Shown: piece after piece, positions 40,532-51,994 of the stretch
Layout of the letters: each line of letters opens with the position of its first letter
How positions within the stretch are numbered: the first letter of the stretch is position 1
DNA from: a bacterium
Lineage (GTDB): Bacteria; SAR324; NAC60-12
Direction: 5' to 3'
Assembly: GCA_965209155.1 (NCBI GenBank)
Contig: OZ242383.1
Coordinates: forward strand, 2,528,001 to 2,592,000
DNA length: 64,000 nt
Notes under the pieces: generated by a model
The model's database searches: none
What the model saw: only the letters and a program-made list of their open reading frames with translations
Told to the model about the DNA's origin: nothing
Position numbers and translations under genes: made by a program

Positions 40532-41863
40532 ATGAGCCGCTGGATTTTAGGGTTGGCGGCGGTGCTCCTGCTCATAACGATTTTGCCGGTCCCAGCAGTG
40601 GCTCAAGAGTCCCCGCGGCCGGCGATTTCCAACGAAACCCTCTTCGAAGCGGCCCGTAAGGCCCTCGACGCCGGCAAACTCGACGATGCCGAATTCCTGC
40701 TTGAAGGAATCGAGGCGGACGAGGGCAACTTCGACGAGTTGGACTTCCTGCAGGGCCTGATCGCCATGCAGCGCAAAGACTGGCCATCCGCCATCTCGCG
40801 CTTCCACTCTATTCTCATTCGACATCCCGATCTCCCCCGACCCCGTCTCGAACTCGCCCGCGCCTTCTTCCATGCGGGGGACGATAAACTCGCCCGGCAC
40901 CATTTCGAACGCGTCCTCGCCAGCGATCCTCCGGAAGCGGTGGTCAAGAACGTGCAGGGATTTCTCGACCGCATCCGCGCCCGCCGTCGTTGGGACGCGC
41001 ATTTCGGACTCGCCCTCGCTCCAGACAGCAACGTCAATACCGCCACGAGCGCGGACATCGTCTGGCTTTACGGATTGCCCTTCCGGGTGGATGATGAATC
41101 GAGACCCTCCTCCGGGGTGGGCCTCATCGTCTGGGGAGGCGCCGAGTACGAGTATCCCCTCACGCCGCAGGCCCACTGGCTCGCCGGGGCCGATCTGCGC
41201 CGGCAGGAACACCGCCGCCAGGAATTCAACCGCATGACGCTCTCCCTGCACACGGGTCCCCGTTGGATCCTCACGCGCCACGCGGAATTCAGCCTGCTTG
41301 CCAGTCGACGCCAACAATGGGCGGGCAACAAACCAGGCTACGTGGAAAACGGCCTGCGCCTCGAAAGCGCGCAACGCCTCGGCACGCACTGGGTCGCCAT
41401 CGAAAGGGCGAGCTGGCACGATCGACGCTACGACGATTTGAAACACCTCGATGGACCCCGCTGGGACGTCTCCCTCACTGCACGCTGGCAGTCCACCCCG
41501 GCCCTCTCCATGAGCGCCACCCTCGGCTACGGAGACGAACGCACCGAAAGGCGCTCGCATCGTTTCACGCGTCCCCGTATCAGCCTCTCCGCCTCCTACG
41601 CCCTGCCCCTCGGTTTCAGCCTCGGCGCCACCACCACCGTCGCCCGCAGCTTCTACCAACCCGACTGGTCCTACCTCACCCGCGGAACTAAAAAGCGTGA
41701 GGACCTTTCGCGCACCTACCAACTCTCCGTCTTCAACCGCGCCTTCACCCTCTTCGGATTCAGCCCCCAACTGATCCTCGTCCACGAAGAACGCCAATCC
41801 AACGCCCAGTACTACGACTACCAACGCCTCCGCGCCGAACTGCGCATCCTCCGCCTTTTCTGA
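40532..41863 (+). CDS. Slam (surface lipoprotein assembly modifier), copy 2
   Basis: 443 aa, nearly identical to 25594-26925. Confidence 0.85.
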   Translation: MSRWILGLAAVLLLITILPVPAVAQESPRPAISNETLFEAARKALDAGKLDDAEFLLEGIEADEGNFDELDFLQGLIAMQRKDWPSAISRFHSILIRHPDLPRPRLELARAFFHAGDDKLARHHFERVLASDPPEAVVKNVQGFLDRIRARRRWDAHFGLALAPDSNVNTATSADIVWLYGLPFRVDDESRPSSGVGLIVWGGAEYEYPLTPQAHWLAGADLRRQEHRRQEFNRMTLSLHTGPRWILTRHAEFSLLASRRQQWAGNKPGYVENGLRLESAQRLGTHWVAIERASWHDRRYDDLKHLDGPRWDVSLTARWQSTPALSMSATLGYGDERTERRSHRFTRPRISLSASYALPLGFSLGATTTVARSFYQPDWSYLTRGTKKREDLSRTYQLSVFNRAFTLFGFSPQLILVHEERQSNAQYYDYQRLRAELRILRLF

Positions 41864-41886
41864 TAAAACGACGTTTCCTTCGCAAT

Positions 41887-42460
41887 GGGGTCAGGCTTGG
41901 AAGTTTGGAAAAATCTTTCGGGGTCATCTTTCTGGGTTATCTTTCGGGGTCACTGTCAATGATCATCCCTTGCAAAACCTGATTTTCCCAAACTACCAAG
42001 CCAGACCCCGAACCACGAAGAGAGGCACAAAGGCACAAAGGGAAGAGAGGTGCTTCCTGAAAGAACTGATAACTGATAACTGATAACTGGCGCCAAGGCG
42101 CCATGGCACAAAGGCATACTGGATTCCTGGTCTGGCTCGGGGGTCAGGCTTGTATATTGGTATTAAGACACCGCTTCCCTCGTTGCCGTGTCCATCCTGG
42201 CATAGACCTCGCCATGTCATTCCTGCCGTAGATCCTCGTCTTGTCATTCCTGGCTCCGACCAGGAATCCAGGGATGTTTACGATTCCTTCGTTAGCCTCT
42301 TCTGAACCCAATCACGCCGCATCCCTCGTCTTGTCATTCCTGGCTCCGACCAGGAATCCAGGGTTGTTCACGATTCTCCTGGATTCCCTGTCGTCTGGTT
42401 TCCGGGTCGGAGCCTGAAATGACACCCTCCCGTATTTCTTCTTTCAGGGGAATGACATAG
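41887..42460. repeat. GGGGTCAG hairpin element plus REP/octamer tract
   Basis: Element at 41887-42009, followed by palindrome clusters. Confidence 0.8.
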
Positions 42461-42683
42461 AAAAGAGGGACAAGTATTCAATTGTTATATATGCGACAGG
42501 GGGTTCTTGCCTGATGCATCGATCCCATTGCACGAGCCACCTTAACGAGGCCATACCCACCTATGTCTCCACTCGATCTTTCGCATTGCTTCTTTTCTGG
42601 GTCTTGCGTATCTGTTTCATAAGACCTCCCTTCGTCGAATTGGATTTTATCTGGTAAAGAAAACTATTTACTGACCCATTTTA

Positions 42684-43733
42684 ATGTATCCTTCCATAGA
42701 TCTTTATTTTATTGAAAAATACCAAAATTTGGTTAACGTGCAAAATAACAATGTACAAACCATGAATTCGGAATCTCGTTGGATAAAGTTAGCAAGGAAA
42801 TACGAAAATTGGCCATTCGCAATTTTTATTAAGCCTTTTGAACCGCTCGGTGTCCTGATTGCTGCAATTGCTCTTGTGTTCGCTGTTATTGCTCTTAAAG
42901 AGGAAAGAGTCCTGCGTAAGGAGACGTTAGATGTGATGAAGGAGGAAAAATCACTTCGCAAGGTTGTGTTATTTTCGACGCTTGCGGAGAGACTCGAAGC
43001 CGCACGTAAATCGGACCAATCAAAAAAAAGTGAAGACTTAGACTCTCGTGCAGGTCATATCAAAATACTCGAGCTCATTGTTGAATTAGATAAAGCAGAG
43101 AGAATTGAATCAGCAAAAAATGAATCGGACCCATCAAAAGAAAATTGTAAAAATAAAATCCCAATAGTTGACCGCAAAGAAGAATTTTCCCTGAAATATA
43201 TAAATGCCAGCAAAGTGAATTTTTATATTCACGAATTAAAAAATGGTATCGACCTGCGAGATGCTGATATTAGAAGTATCGATTTTGAAGATTCCAATTT
43301 GGAAGCGGCATTACTAATTAACGCGTATCTCTCAAATGCGATTCTGAAAGGTACAAATTTGAAGGAAGCCGAGCTTGTGTGTACCACACTCACCGAGGCT
43401 TGTTTAGAAAGTGCCAATCTTGTCGGTGCAACGCTCACCGATGCAGACCTCATACGGACTGACCTCACCGATGCAGACCTCATGGAGGCTGATCTCACCG
43501 ATGCGGACCTCGCGGGGGCTGAATTCACCGATGCAGACCTCACACGGACTGATCTCCAATTCGCAAAAAATCTCAGTCAAAATCAATTGGATTCTGCATG
43601 CGCTGATCCGGATTCTGACCCAATAGTTCCCAAAAACTTGAAATGGGTACCGCGGGAGTGCCCAGAGGGTGATACAAACACCAAATCTCGCTCACCTCGA
43701 AGAAGTTTTGTGTGTCCCGTTGGTTTTGAGTGA
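42684..43733 (+). CDS. Pentapeptide repeat protein with N-terminal TM helix
   Basis: A(D/N)LxxA(D/N)L runs in the C-terminal half and a hydrophobic LGVLIAAIALVFAVIAL. The start is uncertain. Confidence 0.85.
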   Translation: MYPSIDLYFIEKYQNLVNVQNNNVQTMNSESRWIKLARKYENWPFAIFIKPFEPLGVLIAAIALVFAVIALKEERVLRKETLDVMKEEKSLRKVVLFSTLAERLEAARKSDQSKKSEDLDSRAGHIKILELIVELDKAERIESAKNESDPSKENCKNKIPIVDRKEEFSLKYINASKVNFYIHELKNGIDLRDADIRSIDFEDSNLEAALLINAYLSNAILKGTNLKEAELVCTTLTEACLESANLVGATLTDADLIRTDLTDADLMEADLTDADLAGAEFTDADLTRTDLQFAKNLSQNQLDSACADPDSDPIVPKNLKWVPRECPEGDTNTKSRSPRRSFVCPVGFE

Positions 43734-43961
43734 ATCTTGTAAAAACGGATTTTCCATTTTACTTTGCATTCGAGGTAGAAAATCGAATGCGATACGATAT
43801 TGCAATCAAACGCTTACCCAAAGGAACTGGAAAAAACGAAGTCTTGAGAAAAATTTCAAAATATGTGACTAATGATCATATCAATTTACAAAACAGTTGA
43901 TCTCTTTGTCTTGTAATGCGAATACGTGTTGTCCTGAATCAATCAAGTAGAAAGAGTCGTC

Positions 43962-45675
43962 ATGCATCGTTACATCTTCAAAGAAATTTTAACAATAATG
44001 GTTATACTCGGCATACCGGTAGTCACTAACGGTCAAAAGTCATCGACAGATTCCAACACCGTACCCGATTATGGAGGAAAATTAGCATACGCCCTCACCT
44101 GGATAGGTGAGCACCCGGATAGTTGGTTCATTGGTCACGGGGCCATTCATTATGTCGGTTTGGTAAATGAGAAACTGGCAATAGAGGACTGGGGAATAGA
44201 TAGAGAGGAACGAGATTGGAATTCAACGAATGAATCTCCAACTACTTTAAAAGGTGCACTGGCGGAGAGCTGGGAGCTGCCTGACAATCAAACTATCATC
44301 TTACATATCCGTAAGGGCGTTCGTTGGCATGATAAGCCCCCAATGTCCGGTCGGGAGTTAACGGCCGAAGATATCGCATATAACTTTCATCGTTTTCTGG
44401 GTATGTGTAGCTTCAACAAAGCTAGCAAAATTGCGGTTAGCTTCAAGGGAGTGCAATTTGAATCGATAACGGCAAACAACGATGATTGGACGGTTACATT
44501 CGAGCTGAAGAAGCCATCCTTCCTTGCCCTGAGTGAGATCCTCGCCGGCGTTGGCTACTGGATATACCCCCCCCGAGGTTATTAAGAGACACAAGGACGT
44601 TAAGGATTGGAGAAATCTGGTCGGTACCGGACCCTATGAATTGGAGCATGTGCTCGAAGGAAGATCTTTGACCTTTACCAGGAATCCTGACTACTGGGGG
44701 ATCGACGAAAAAAAACCGGAGAAAAGATTGCCTTATATCGATGAGATTACGGCCCATGTTATGCCAAACCAAGCAACACGTTTAGCGGCTCTGCGTACAG
44801 GTCGGATCGATTTTCTGGGAACTGTCGGTGACTCTCAAATATCCATCGACAAAATAAACAGCCTCAGGCGAACCAACCCAGAAATCGCGTTATGGCCATT
44901 TAGGTCCAACAACCCTTTAGTTTTTTTTTATTTAAACGAACCGCCTAACGACACCGACGTGGGTCAGGCCATGCGTCAGTCCATGCGTCAGGCCCTGCAA
45001 CTAGCGCTGGACAACGAGACCATAGCCAGGACTTACTGGAGCGGTTATGCCGAACCGATACCTCTGAGGAGCGTTACTGGTATTTACTTCCCCTTTGAAG
45101 AACGGCCCGATGAGGAATCCGATCCGACTCCTCAGACGAGCGTTACCGGTATTTACTTCCCCTTTGAAGAATGGCCTGAAGGACTCAAACAATACTATAG
45201 TTATGACACGGAAAGGGCGGAGCAACTGCTGGCTTCACCAAACTATGGTTTCACGCCTTTGCCCTATGACCTACATCCGTATTGGTATACTCCTCGTCAA
45301 ATCACCCTGGATTTCGCTCCTTTTGCCAGTTTAGACTATGCAGAACGTGCCACCGCCGATTGGGCTGCGATTGGCATCGAGGTTGAGATTAATGTACTGA
45401 CCTACGCCAAATATTACGACAGGCTCGTCTCGGATACTTATGAATTCATGGACAGTGTACTGCAGATTGACCAGAACAACCTCGGTTTTGAAGACGTACG
45501 TGGAGCCGTACGCAAAGCTACTGCGCAGCTGCAGCCATTATGGATTGCTAATCCTACGCAGTTTAACGCGCACCAGCCTTGGGTCCGGGGTTATATGGGT
45601 GAAAACAGCCTGGGAATGGCAAATATTGCTGGCACCCTGTCCCGCCTCTGGATTGACCAGGAACTGAAAAAATAG
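43962..45675 (+). pseudogene. ABC transporter substrate-binding protein (family 5) with a +1 frameshift in a C8 run
   Basis: GALAESWE, IRKGVRWHDKPP..GRELTAEDI, then WIYPP / PPEVI...LVGTGPY in the next frame. C8 lies at 44567-44574; C7 would restore the frame. Confidence 0.85.
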
Positions 45676-45720
45676 ATGGGATATTAAATCAGCCAAATAC
45701 CCATTCGGAGATCACTTCGG

Positions 45721-45915
45721 TTGACGCCCTTTTCTGGGGCCACGAAACGCAAGGAGTTCACCCAATCCTTCCGGATCTCTCTCCTCCACCGCGCCTTCAC
45801 CCTCTTCGGCTTCAGCCCCCAACTGATCCTGGTCCAGGAAGAACGCCAATCCAACGCCCAGTACTACGACTACCAACGCCTCCGCGCCGAACTCCGCATC
45901 CTCCGCCTGTTCTGA
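45721..45915 (+). pseudogene. 3' fragment of a third slam allele
   Basis: HRAFTLFGFSPQLILVQEERQSNAQYYDYQRLRAELRILRLF*. Confidence 0.85.
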
Positions 45916-46271
45916 ACCCAAGCACGCCGCTTCCCCTCGTCTTGTCCTTCCTGGCTTGACCAGGAATCCAGGGTTGTTCTCGCTTCCCTTGGCTTCTCTG
46001 GTTGACGTCTTCTGATACAAAAAAGCCGCTTCCCTCGTTCCATTTTATTTTTCAAAAGTCACCATACTTCCTCAGTCCTGTAAATTCCTTATCTCGAACT
46101 TAAGTAAGCCTGGGAAAAAAAGCGAAACATTCAGGCCGCCTTGGTCAGTCGGATAAAAGCGCACGGACCAACCGCAGCGAATATAGCATGCAAACTACAA
46201 AGCCTGGTATCCCTGTTTTAAATTGAAAAAGAGCCTGATTGCGCTCATTTGAGTTGGTTGTAGAGTTGCTC

Positions 46272-47441
46272 TCAAGAAAGGCGCCAAACGTTGGGCCAGC
46301 CATGTCGAAGCGGTTTTCGGTGGCGACTTTCGGAGTCAGCTGGGATGTTGTCGATACTACGACGGATGTCGTCATTGACGCGCCCACAGTGGTAATAGCT
46401 ATGCTCAACGAATCCGGTTACAATATCGCTGCAGTCCACTTGATGCACGCGACTGTCCAAATCGGCAGGTCGGTCCGCTCCATTCCATCCCAGCCTGTCG
46501 GTGTTCCCTTTGGTGTAGTCCGATACCGGCATCGCCAAATCGCCTCTATTGCAATAAATGGTTACATTTCGGGCCATTTGGGGAAGTCGACGCATCGGTT
46601 CTCCCGGTTCAAATACGTCGTCGGCAACATCTGCTGCGCAAAGGAAAATTTGATCAAAAATGCGCGGAGGTTTGCCGCCAACAGAAAACTCAGTGAATCG
46701 TACCATGGCGTTTTGCAGCACGAAGTTACCCATGGAATGACAGAGCAGGTGGATCGACTGGTTACAAGGATCGTCTCCATTCTGCCGACCACGTTGACGC
46801 GTATCGATCAGTTCATCCCGTAGCTTGAGGAATCCGCGTCCAATGGCATAACCCGATATGATGGCGTCACTACGGTCGGAAAAGTACGACCAGTAGGGGA
46901 TAGATCGACCATCCGAGGGCCAGGAAAACAGAACGACCAAAACCGGTTTTGATTCGCCCGTTGCCATATTGTCAACGCGATCTCGATTGAGCATAAACTG
47001 CAGGCTCAAGGCAGATGCCACTGACTCCCACCAGTCCACATTGAAACCATGAATGAATAATAACACGTCATAGCCTCCATTCATTAATTCTCGTAATTCT
47101 CCAAATGTGCGTGCAGACCCAAGTTTCCGATCTGTTTGCTTATATTCGTTTTGCTCTTTCTTGAGCTTTTCGGGAAAGGCTTCAATGGAGGTCCCGGACT
47201 CCGTTTTCTGCAGGTTTTCAGAAAAATAATCCGAGAGCATTTCACCATTCCCGTTACCGTAACCACAGTCCTCGTTGAGAAACTGCGTCACTTTTGTCTT
47301 GTCGTAAGACGTTTTTAATAACCCAAAGCGAAGATTCTCACCAAGGTCTTTGCTTGGTTCAGAACCATACCCTTTCGGCTTCCATCGATTGCGTCCAATG
47401 TGACGACGGTTGGTTACGTAGTAAAGTTCTGCAGTATCCAT
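46272..47441 (-). CDS. Alpha/beta hydrolase (DUF900-like)
   Basis: YYVTNR, LLFIHGFNV, FSWPS, HLLCHSMGN, CAADV, RLG, HSYY. Confidence 0.85.
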   Translation of the reverse strand: MDTAELYYVTNRRHIGRNRWKPKGYGSEPSKDLGENLRFGLLKTSYDKTKVTQFLNEDCGYGNGNGEMLSDYFSENLQKTESGTSIEAFPEKLKKEQNEYKQTDRKLGSARTFGELRELMNGGYDVLLFIHGFNVDWWESVASALSLQFMLNRDRVDNMATGESKPVLVVLFSWPSDGRSIPYWSYFSDRSDAIISGYAIGRGFLKLRDELIDTRQRGRQNGDDPCNQSIHLLCHSMGNFVLQNAMVRFTEFSVGGKPPRIFDQIFLCAADVADDVFEPGEPMRRLPQMARNVTIYCNRGDLAMPVSDYTKGNTDRLGWNGADRPADLDSRVHQVDCSDIVTGFVEHSYYHCGRVNDDIRRSIDNIPADSESRHRKPLRHGWPNVWRLS

Positions 47442-47649
47442 TTTTCCTCATTTTCACTCGTGTCTGGTTGATGAATTGGTATCTGTTCGTATTTCATCTT
47501 TCATTCCTGAAAAACAAGCGCTCTTTGACTACTAAAGCTGTTACACGCACCGGGTAATTTATCAAGACCAGTTTTTCCATGCTGCTTATAATCAATATCG
47601 CCGCTGGAATAATTGTGGAGCGCCTCTTCGCCTGGTTTGGGGATTCAGG

Positions 47650-48090
47650 AGTTATAGCCATCCCCAGAATTTGGCTATAACTCCAAAAAAGAAGTTATAG
47701 TCGAAAGTTGGGGATAGACTAAAATTGATGGTGGCGTATCCTGTTGATGAAAATTAGATACAAACTAAATCCTGTAATTAGATGGCAATTATACATAGAA
47801 ATGGCAATTTATTCAAGAGTTATAGTCAAATTCTGGGGATGGCAATTCAGGCGGCGATCCTGTATTAAGGAATTCCATCGACAAATTGCACTCCTTCTAT
47901 CACTTCGGCTAATCGTTTAAATCCATGTAAGCGTATCCAATTTTTCTGAGCAGATAGCATCAGTTTGAATGCCATCGTCAAGACGGTATTTCTTGAGAAA
48001 CAACCTCTGACTTTTGCAGTTCTCAGTTTGACAGTAGCGAAGGTGGATTCAATGGGATTGCTCGTTCTCAAATGCCTCCAATGCTCTGCC
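47650..48090. mobile_element. Nested IS relics: IS256-type ends, IS1380-like left end (47765-47816) and IS256 transposase 3' fragment (minus strand)
   Basis: PAEHWRHLRTSNPIESTFATVKLRT...LAEVIEGVQFVDG; GAGTTATAGTCAAATTCTGGGGATGG ends; CTAAATCCTGTAATTAGATG resembles the end at 30116. Confidence 0.75.
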
Positions 48091-48254
48091 GGGAGCCTGG
48101 GGGTCACTCATTAGAGGAATTTCCAAGAAAAAAAACACTTTTCCGTCCACACATAAGGGTAACCCATTTGCGTGTAGTCTTCAGCACCTGGCACTCCAAT
48201 TTTTAATAAACGCACCATATATTTCAAGAGTTGGAGTCATTTCTTCAAATTGGA

Positions 48255-48437
48255 TCAATTGAAGGTCGATTCTACCACCGTTCCTGTTCAATCCTTTTTA
48301 CAGGGAGACAGAACCAGCAAAACCGCTCTCAGATTATTCTCTGATTTAACTTCAACCAGCCGCTTATCTGACTCATCCAGGATACAAAGGTAATTATTGT
48401 TTGAATGTAAATCGATTCCTGCATATAATTTTCCCAT
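48255..48437 (-). pseudogene. IS110 family transposase N-terminal relic
   Basis: Manual translation: MGKLYAGIDLHSNNNYLCILDE...*TGTVVESTFN*. Confidence 0.7.
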
Positions 48438-48712
48438 GAAACATCTCCTGATTACGGTAAAAATATTTATGGGTGAAAAGTAAATATTACCATAATCCGG
48501 GAAGATGTCTCACCTCCTGCCAGATGTTTATCAGTACCCCGTATCATTCCTGGCTCCGACCAGGAAGCCAGGGATGTATACGCTTCCCTGTCTTTGGAAT
48601 GCTACGCTTTCGGAATCTTTGCAAGATGACAAACTAAAAAATATCTTGACAACTGAAACAATTCCGCAAAAGTTCTTTTTACAAAGAAACCGAACTACAG
48701 GAGAGGGTGAAA

Positions 48713-48973
48713 ATGAGCGACGAAACTCTAAGAGAATTGCAAAGTCCCAAATCACTTATCCTGGAAATCATCGAGCGATTGACGAAAGCGGAGACTCGAC
48801 TGGTAAGTATTGAGACTCAATTAGAAAGTAAGGTCAACAAATCAGATCTTGCTGTCTTCCGGCAAGAAATGAAAACCGATTTTAAGGACATAGAATCCAA
48901 ACAACTCAAATGGCTCATTGGGACAATCCTGGCATGTTTCGTTGTGCTTGGTGCCTTTCTCAAGTATTTCTAA
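48713..48973 (+). CDS. Small coiled-coil + TM protein
   Basis: Nearly identical to 60399-60659, including the upstream TTGACA region. Confidence 0.75.
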   Translation: MSDETLRELQSPKSLILEIIERLTKAETRLVSIETQLESKVNKSDLAVFRQEMKTDFKDIESKQLKWLIGTILACFVVLGAFLKYF

Positions 48974-49537
48974 AGAGGGGGTCAGTGCCCCGTGTCATTC
49001 CCGCGAAAGCGGGAATCCAGTGTACCGCCCGGTCTTCTGGATTTCTGATCAGAGCCAGGAATGACACAGCTTGGAAGGCAAGTGGTCAGTACCCATTGTC
49101 ATTCTTGGCCCAGACCCGGAATCCAGGGTTGTTTACGCTTCCCTTGGCTTCCCTCGTTTCCGTGTCCATCCTGGCTTAGATCTCGCCATGTCCTTCCTGC
49201 CGTAGATCCTCGCCATGTCATTCCTGGCTCCGACCAGGAATCCAGGGTTGTTCACGCTTCCCTCGTTATCCACTTCTGAGACAAAGCCCGCCGCTTCCCT
49301 CGCTTTGTCATTCCTGGCCCAGACCCGGAATCCAGGGTTGTTTACGATTCCCTGACTTTGCCCGGAAAGACACGCTCGAACCCTTGGAGTATGTTGACAC
49401 CACGTATCGTGAAAAGCGCTGGCTGCGCAACCAGATTAAATCCTGAATTCAGGATTGCTTTTGTCTTTTTAAATGAGTCGATTATTATTGGTTTCTATTG
49501 GAAGATGCCGTCCTTCGATCAAAACGAGGGAAGATCA

Positions 49538-50602
49538 ATGAAGCCGGTGACGTCGCCGTTTTTCTCATCAGTGATTGATGATGTGCTCCTTCAGCAAATT
49601 GCCGAAACATTCGGAGTGAAACCATCCGGTACAATCAGTTCCGGACTAGCAAGTATCAAGAAAATGAAAATTGACCCATACTTTCAAGGCCAACCAGTAG
49701 CCATACAAACGGTCTCCAGACGAAAAAGCGAGAAGGAGCAACTTCCCGAACTTAGAAGTGACCAAATTGAAGAACTATCGCTATGGTGGCGACAGATGTG
49801 GGCGAAACCCGAACAATGGCATCGACTGGCAAAGAGCAAGCTGTCAGGACGTGCGGGACGAAGTCGGAAGTCGGGACAAACAATTGAATTCGAAATCCGG
49901 AATCAAGAAGCCCTAAGTGAAGAGTACATCTATGTATATAATGGGTGGTGCCATGAGCTGAGTCGCATGAATACGGAGTATGAAGAAGAAGGGAATGTGG
50001 AAAAAAAGTGTCAGGAGACAAAAAGTCCAGGAAATGAAAAAGAAAAAGTGGAAAAAAAGTGTCAGGAGACAAGAAGTCCAGGATGGGAAGATTGGCAAGT
50101 AAATAATTTGGCACGTGCAATTGTTGCCCTGATGTATAAGAGACCGGAACTGGCGTCTATGGCATTAATGATTGACGACAACAGAGAAATCAGCGCAATT
50201 CATAAAAGTAGCGCAACGTCGGTTGTGGGTTCAAAGCTACACGTAATAAGCGGATTATGGCAAAGAATTACCGAACAATGGTTCATAAAAAAGGATAAGA
50301 AAAGACCGTGGCATTGGACATTCTGTATCGCTTTTCTAGGAAGCTCTAGTTTATTTTTCCCTTTAGTTTATATGGGATGGACAGAGATAGAAAAATGGAT
50401 CCAAGCAGTGTCTGAATTGCCAAATGCATTCTTGGAAATTGAGACGATTTGGGGGTGGTTTTCTGTAGCTCTGGTGGCAATACCGAGTTGGTTCGCATAC
50501 CTGGGGACCATAGGGACAGGACGATACGGACCCGTTAGAGTCTACATCAGTACATTTCTGTTAACATACTTTATTGCGCAGCTCATCAAGTTCATGATAT
50601 AA
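49538..50602 (+). CDS. Hypothetical membrane protein
   Basis: Long ORF with about 3 hydrophobic C-terminal segments and a VEKKCQETxSPG duplication. The start is chosen from a GAGGG RBS. Confidence 0.6.
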   Translation: MKPVTSPFFSSVIDDVLLQQIAETFGVKPSGTISSGLASIKKMKIDPYFQGQPVAIQTVSRRKSEKEQLPELRSDQIEELSLWWRQMWAKPEQWHRLAKSKLSGRAGRSRKSGQTIEFEIRNQEALSEEYIYVYNGWCHELSRMNTEYEEEGNVEKKCQETKSPGNEKEKVEKKCQETRSPGWEDWQVNNLARAIVALMYKRPELASMALMIDDNREISAIHKSSATSVVGSKLHVISGLWQRITEQWFIKKDKKRPWHWTFCIAFLGSSSLFFPLVYMGWTEIEKWIQAVSELPNAFLEIETIWGWFSVALVAIPSWFAYLGTIGTGRYGPVRVYISTFLLTYFIAQLIKFMI

Positions 50603-50656
50603 TTTAACAAACAAAGTTCAAATCAGATCAATCAAACAAGAGAAGTGAGAATTCCG

Positions 50657-51661
50657 ATGAGAACGTTTAATAAACTATGCGTGGCGGTCATTCTGGCAGG
50701 CATGTTCCACAACGTGGAAGCTCAAAATGTCACCAACGGGGAAGCGCAAGAAACAATCAATGTAAACAGTAGTATCGGACACGTTAATCGTTACAATCCC
50801 GGGCTTATGGAACGGACATTGAATACTTTGTTACTCATCCTCGGAACAGGTTTACTCGACGATAGATTACCATACCTCAGCATTCCGCTGACAACGGTAT
50901 GGGAAAAAGCATGTCATAGAAAGCAATCTGAACAAGAACAAACGAAAGTTAACAAAATAGGAGTGATTCCAGCTCGGGAGTTTACATCCGAGTCGAGTCC
51001 AAACAGAATTCCAGTGGTTAAATTGGAATTCAATACAAAAGATTTTAAAAAAGTGGCGAATTTCGCAGATCTGTGCGATTTGCTCAATGAACCGGAGAAT
51101 TTTCCTGAGACAGTCCGGAAATCGTTCAAACAATTAAAATCTAACCCGAAAACGCTTACAGCTGGTGTTTGGCAAATAGTAAATGATGATCCAACAGATT
51201 CGATAAATCCTCCTATTTCAATAATGAGAGGAAAGCCCGGGAACATCTCGGATACCGAATATGACGTCCAATGGTCAATTGGAAATAATCGAATAAATTG
51301 GAATTACGTTGACGAGATTGAACCGGACCCGGATGCCACTTGGTGGAAATTTGAACCGGATGTTGCATCCGCGCAGGCTGGGACGGGTACGTACTATATA
51401 GCGGGACCCGCCAATCCAGATTCTATTGCACAAGAATGGACGGTTGAAGGAATGGATTCTAATGAAAATAGGACATTTCGATGGCAGGGGTTTACTGCAA
51501 CAGGTAGGAACCCCCTAACTCACGGTTATTCAATGTGGTACTTACCTCCCCAAGAGCAACCACTACTCGACCCGAACTGGCACTTGGTCTTCGCTACGAA
51601 AATACCGGAATTAACGGGAGAATTTCCAAAATTTCCAATTTCACGAGCAGTGTTAAAATAA
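50657..51661 (+). CDS. Hypothetical secreted protein
   Basis: Signal peptide MRTFNKLCVAVILAGMFHNVEA; no family recognised. Confidence 0.65.
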   Translation: MRTFNKLCVAVILAGMFHNVEAQNVTNGEAQETINVNSSIGHVNRYNPGLMERTLNTLLLILGTGLLDDRLPYLSIPLTTVWEKACHRKQSEQEQTKVNKIGVIPAREFTSESSPNRIPVVKLEFNTKDFKKVANFADLCDLLNEPENFPETVRKSFKQLKSNPKTLTAGVWQIVNDDPTDSINPPISIMRGKPGNISDTEYDVQWSIGNNRINWNYVDEIEPDPDATWWKFEPDVASAQAGTGTYYIAGPANPDSIAQEWTVEGMDSNENRTFRWQGFTATGRNPLTHGYSMWYLPPQEQPLLDPNWHLVFATKIPELTGEFPKFPISRAVLK

Positions 51662-51785
51662 AAAGCGGAGCAAAATAAAAAAAACCGCTCCCTTGATCCA
51701 AGGCAAACGGCATTAATCGGTCAGTCTGGCTATTTGTCAGCATTTATTCCAAGGATGGGGTCAGGCTTGTATTTTGGTATTTAGA

Positions 51786-51994
51786 TAGTGCTTGGCCGAA
51801 AATTAGTTAACTACATGATATTTAATGGTATTCACCTATTTTCAAGAAACGAAGATTTTGGGGAAACTCATCAAAAATCCCATTTTTTGTTGATTTTGAC
51901 CATCTGAACACGGTATCGAACAAATCTTCATCCTGTGAAGTTTAAGAAATGTCATTTAATATCAGCAATTTGGGTGTTTTTCGGCCAAGCACTA
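51786..51994. mobile_element. 209-bp MITE with TIR TAGTGCTTGGCCGAAAA
   Basis: Perfect 17-bp TIR. It interrupts a GGGTCAGGCTTGTATTTTGGTATTTAGATACC module with a short target duplication. Confidence 0.8.
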
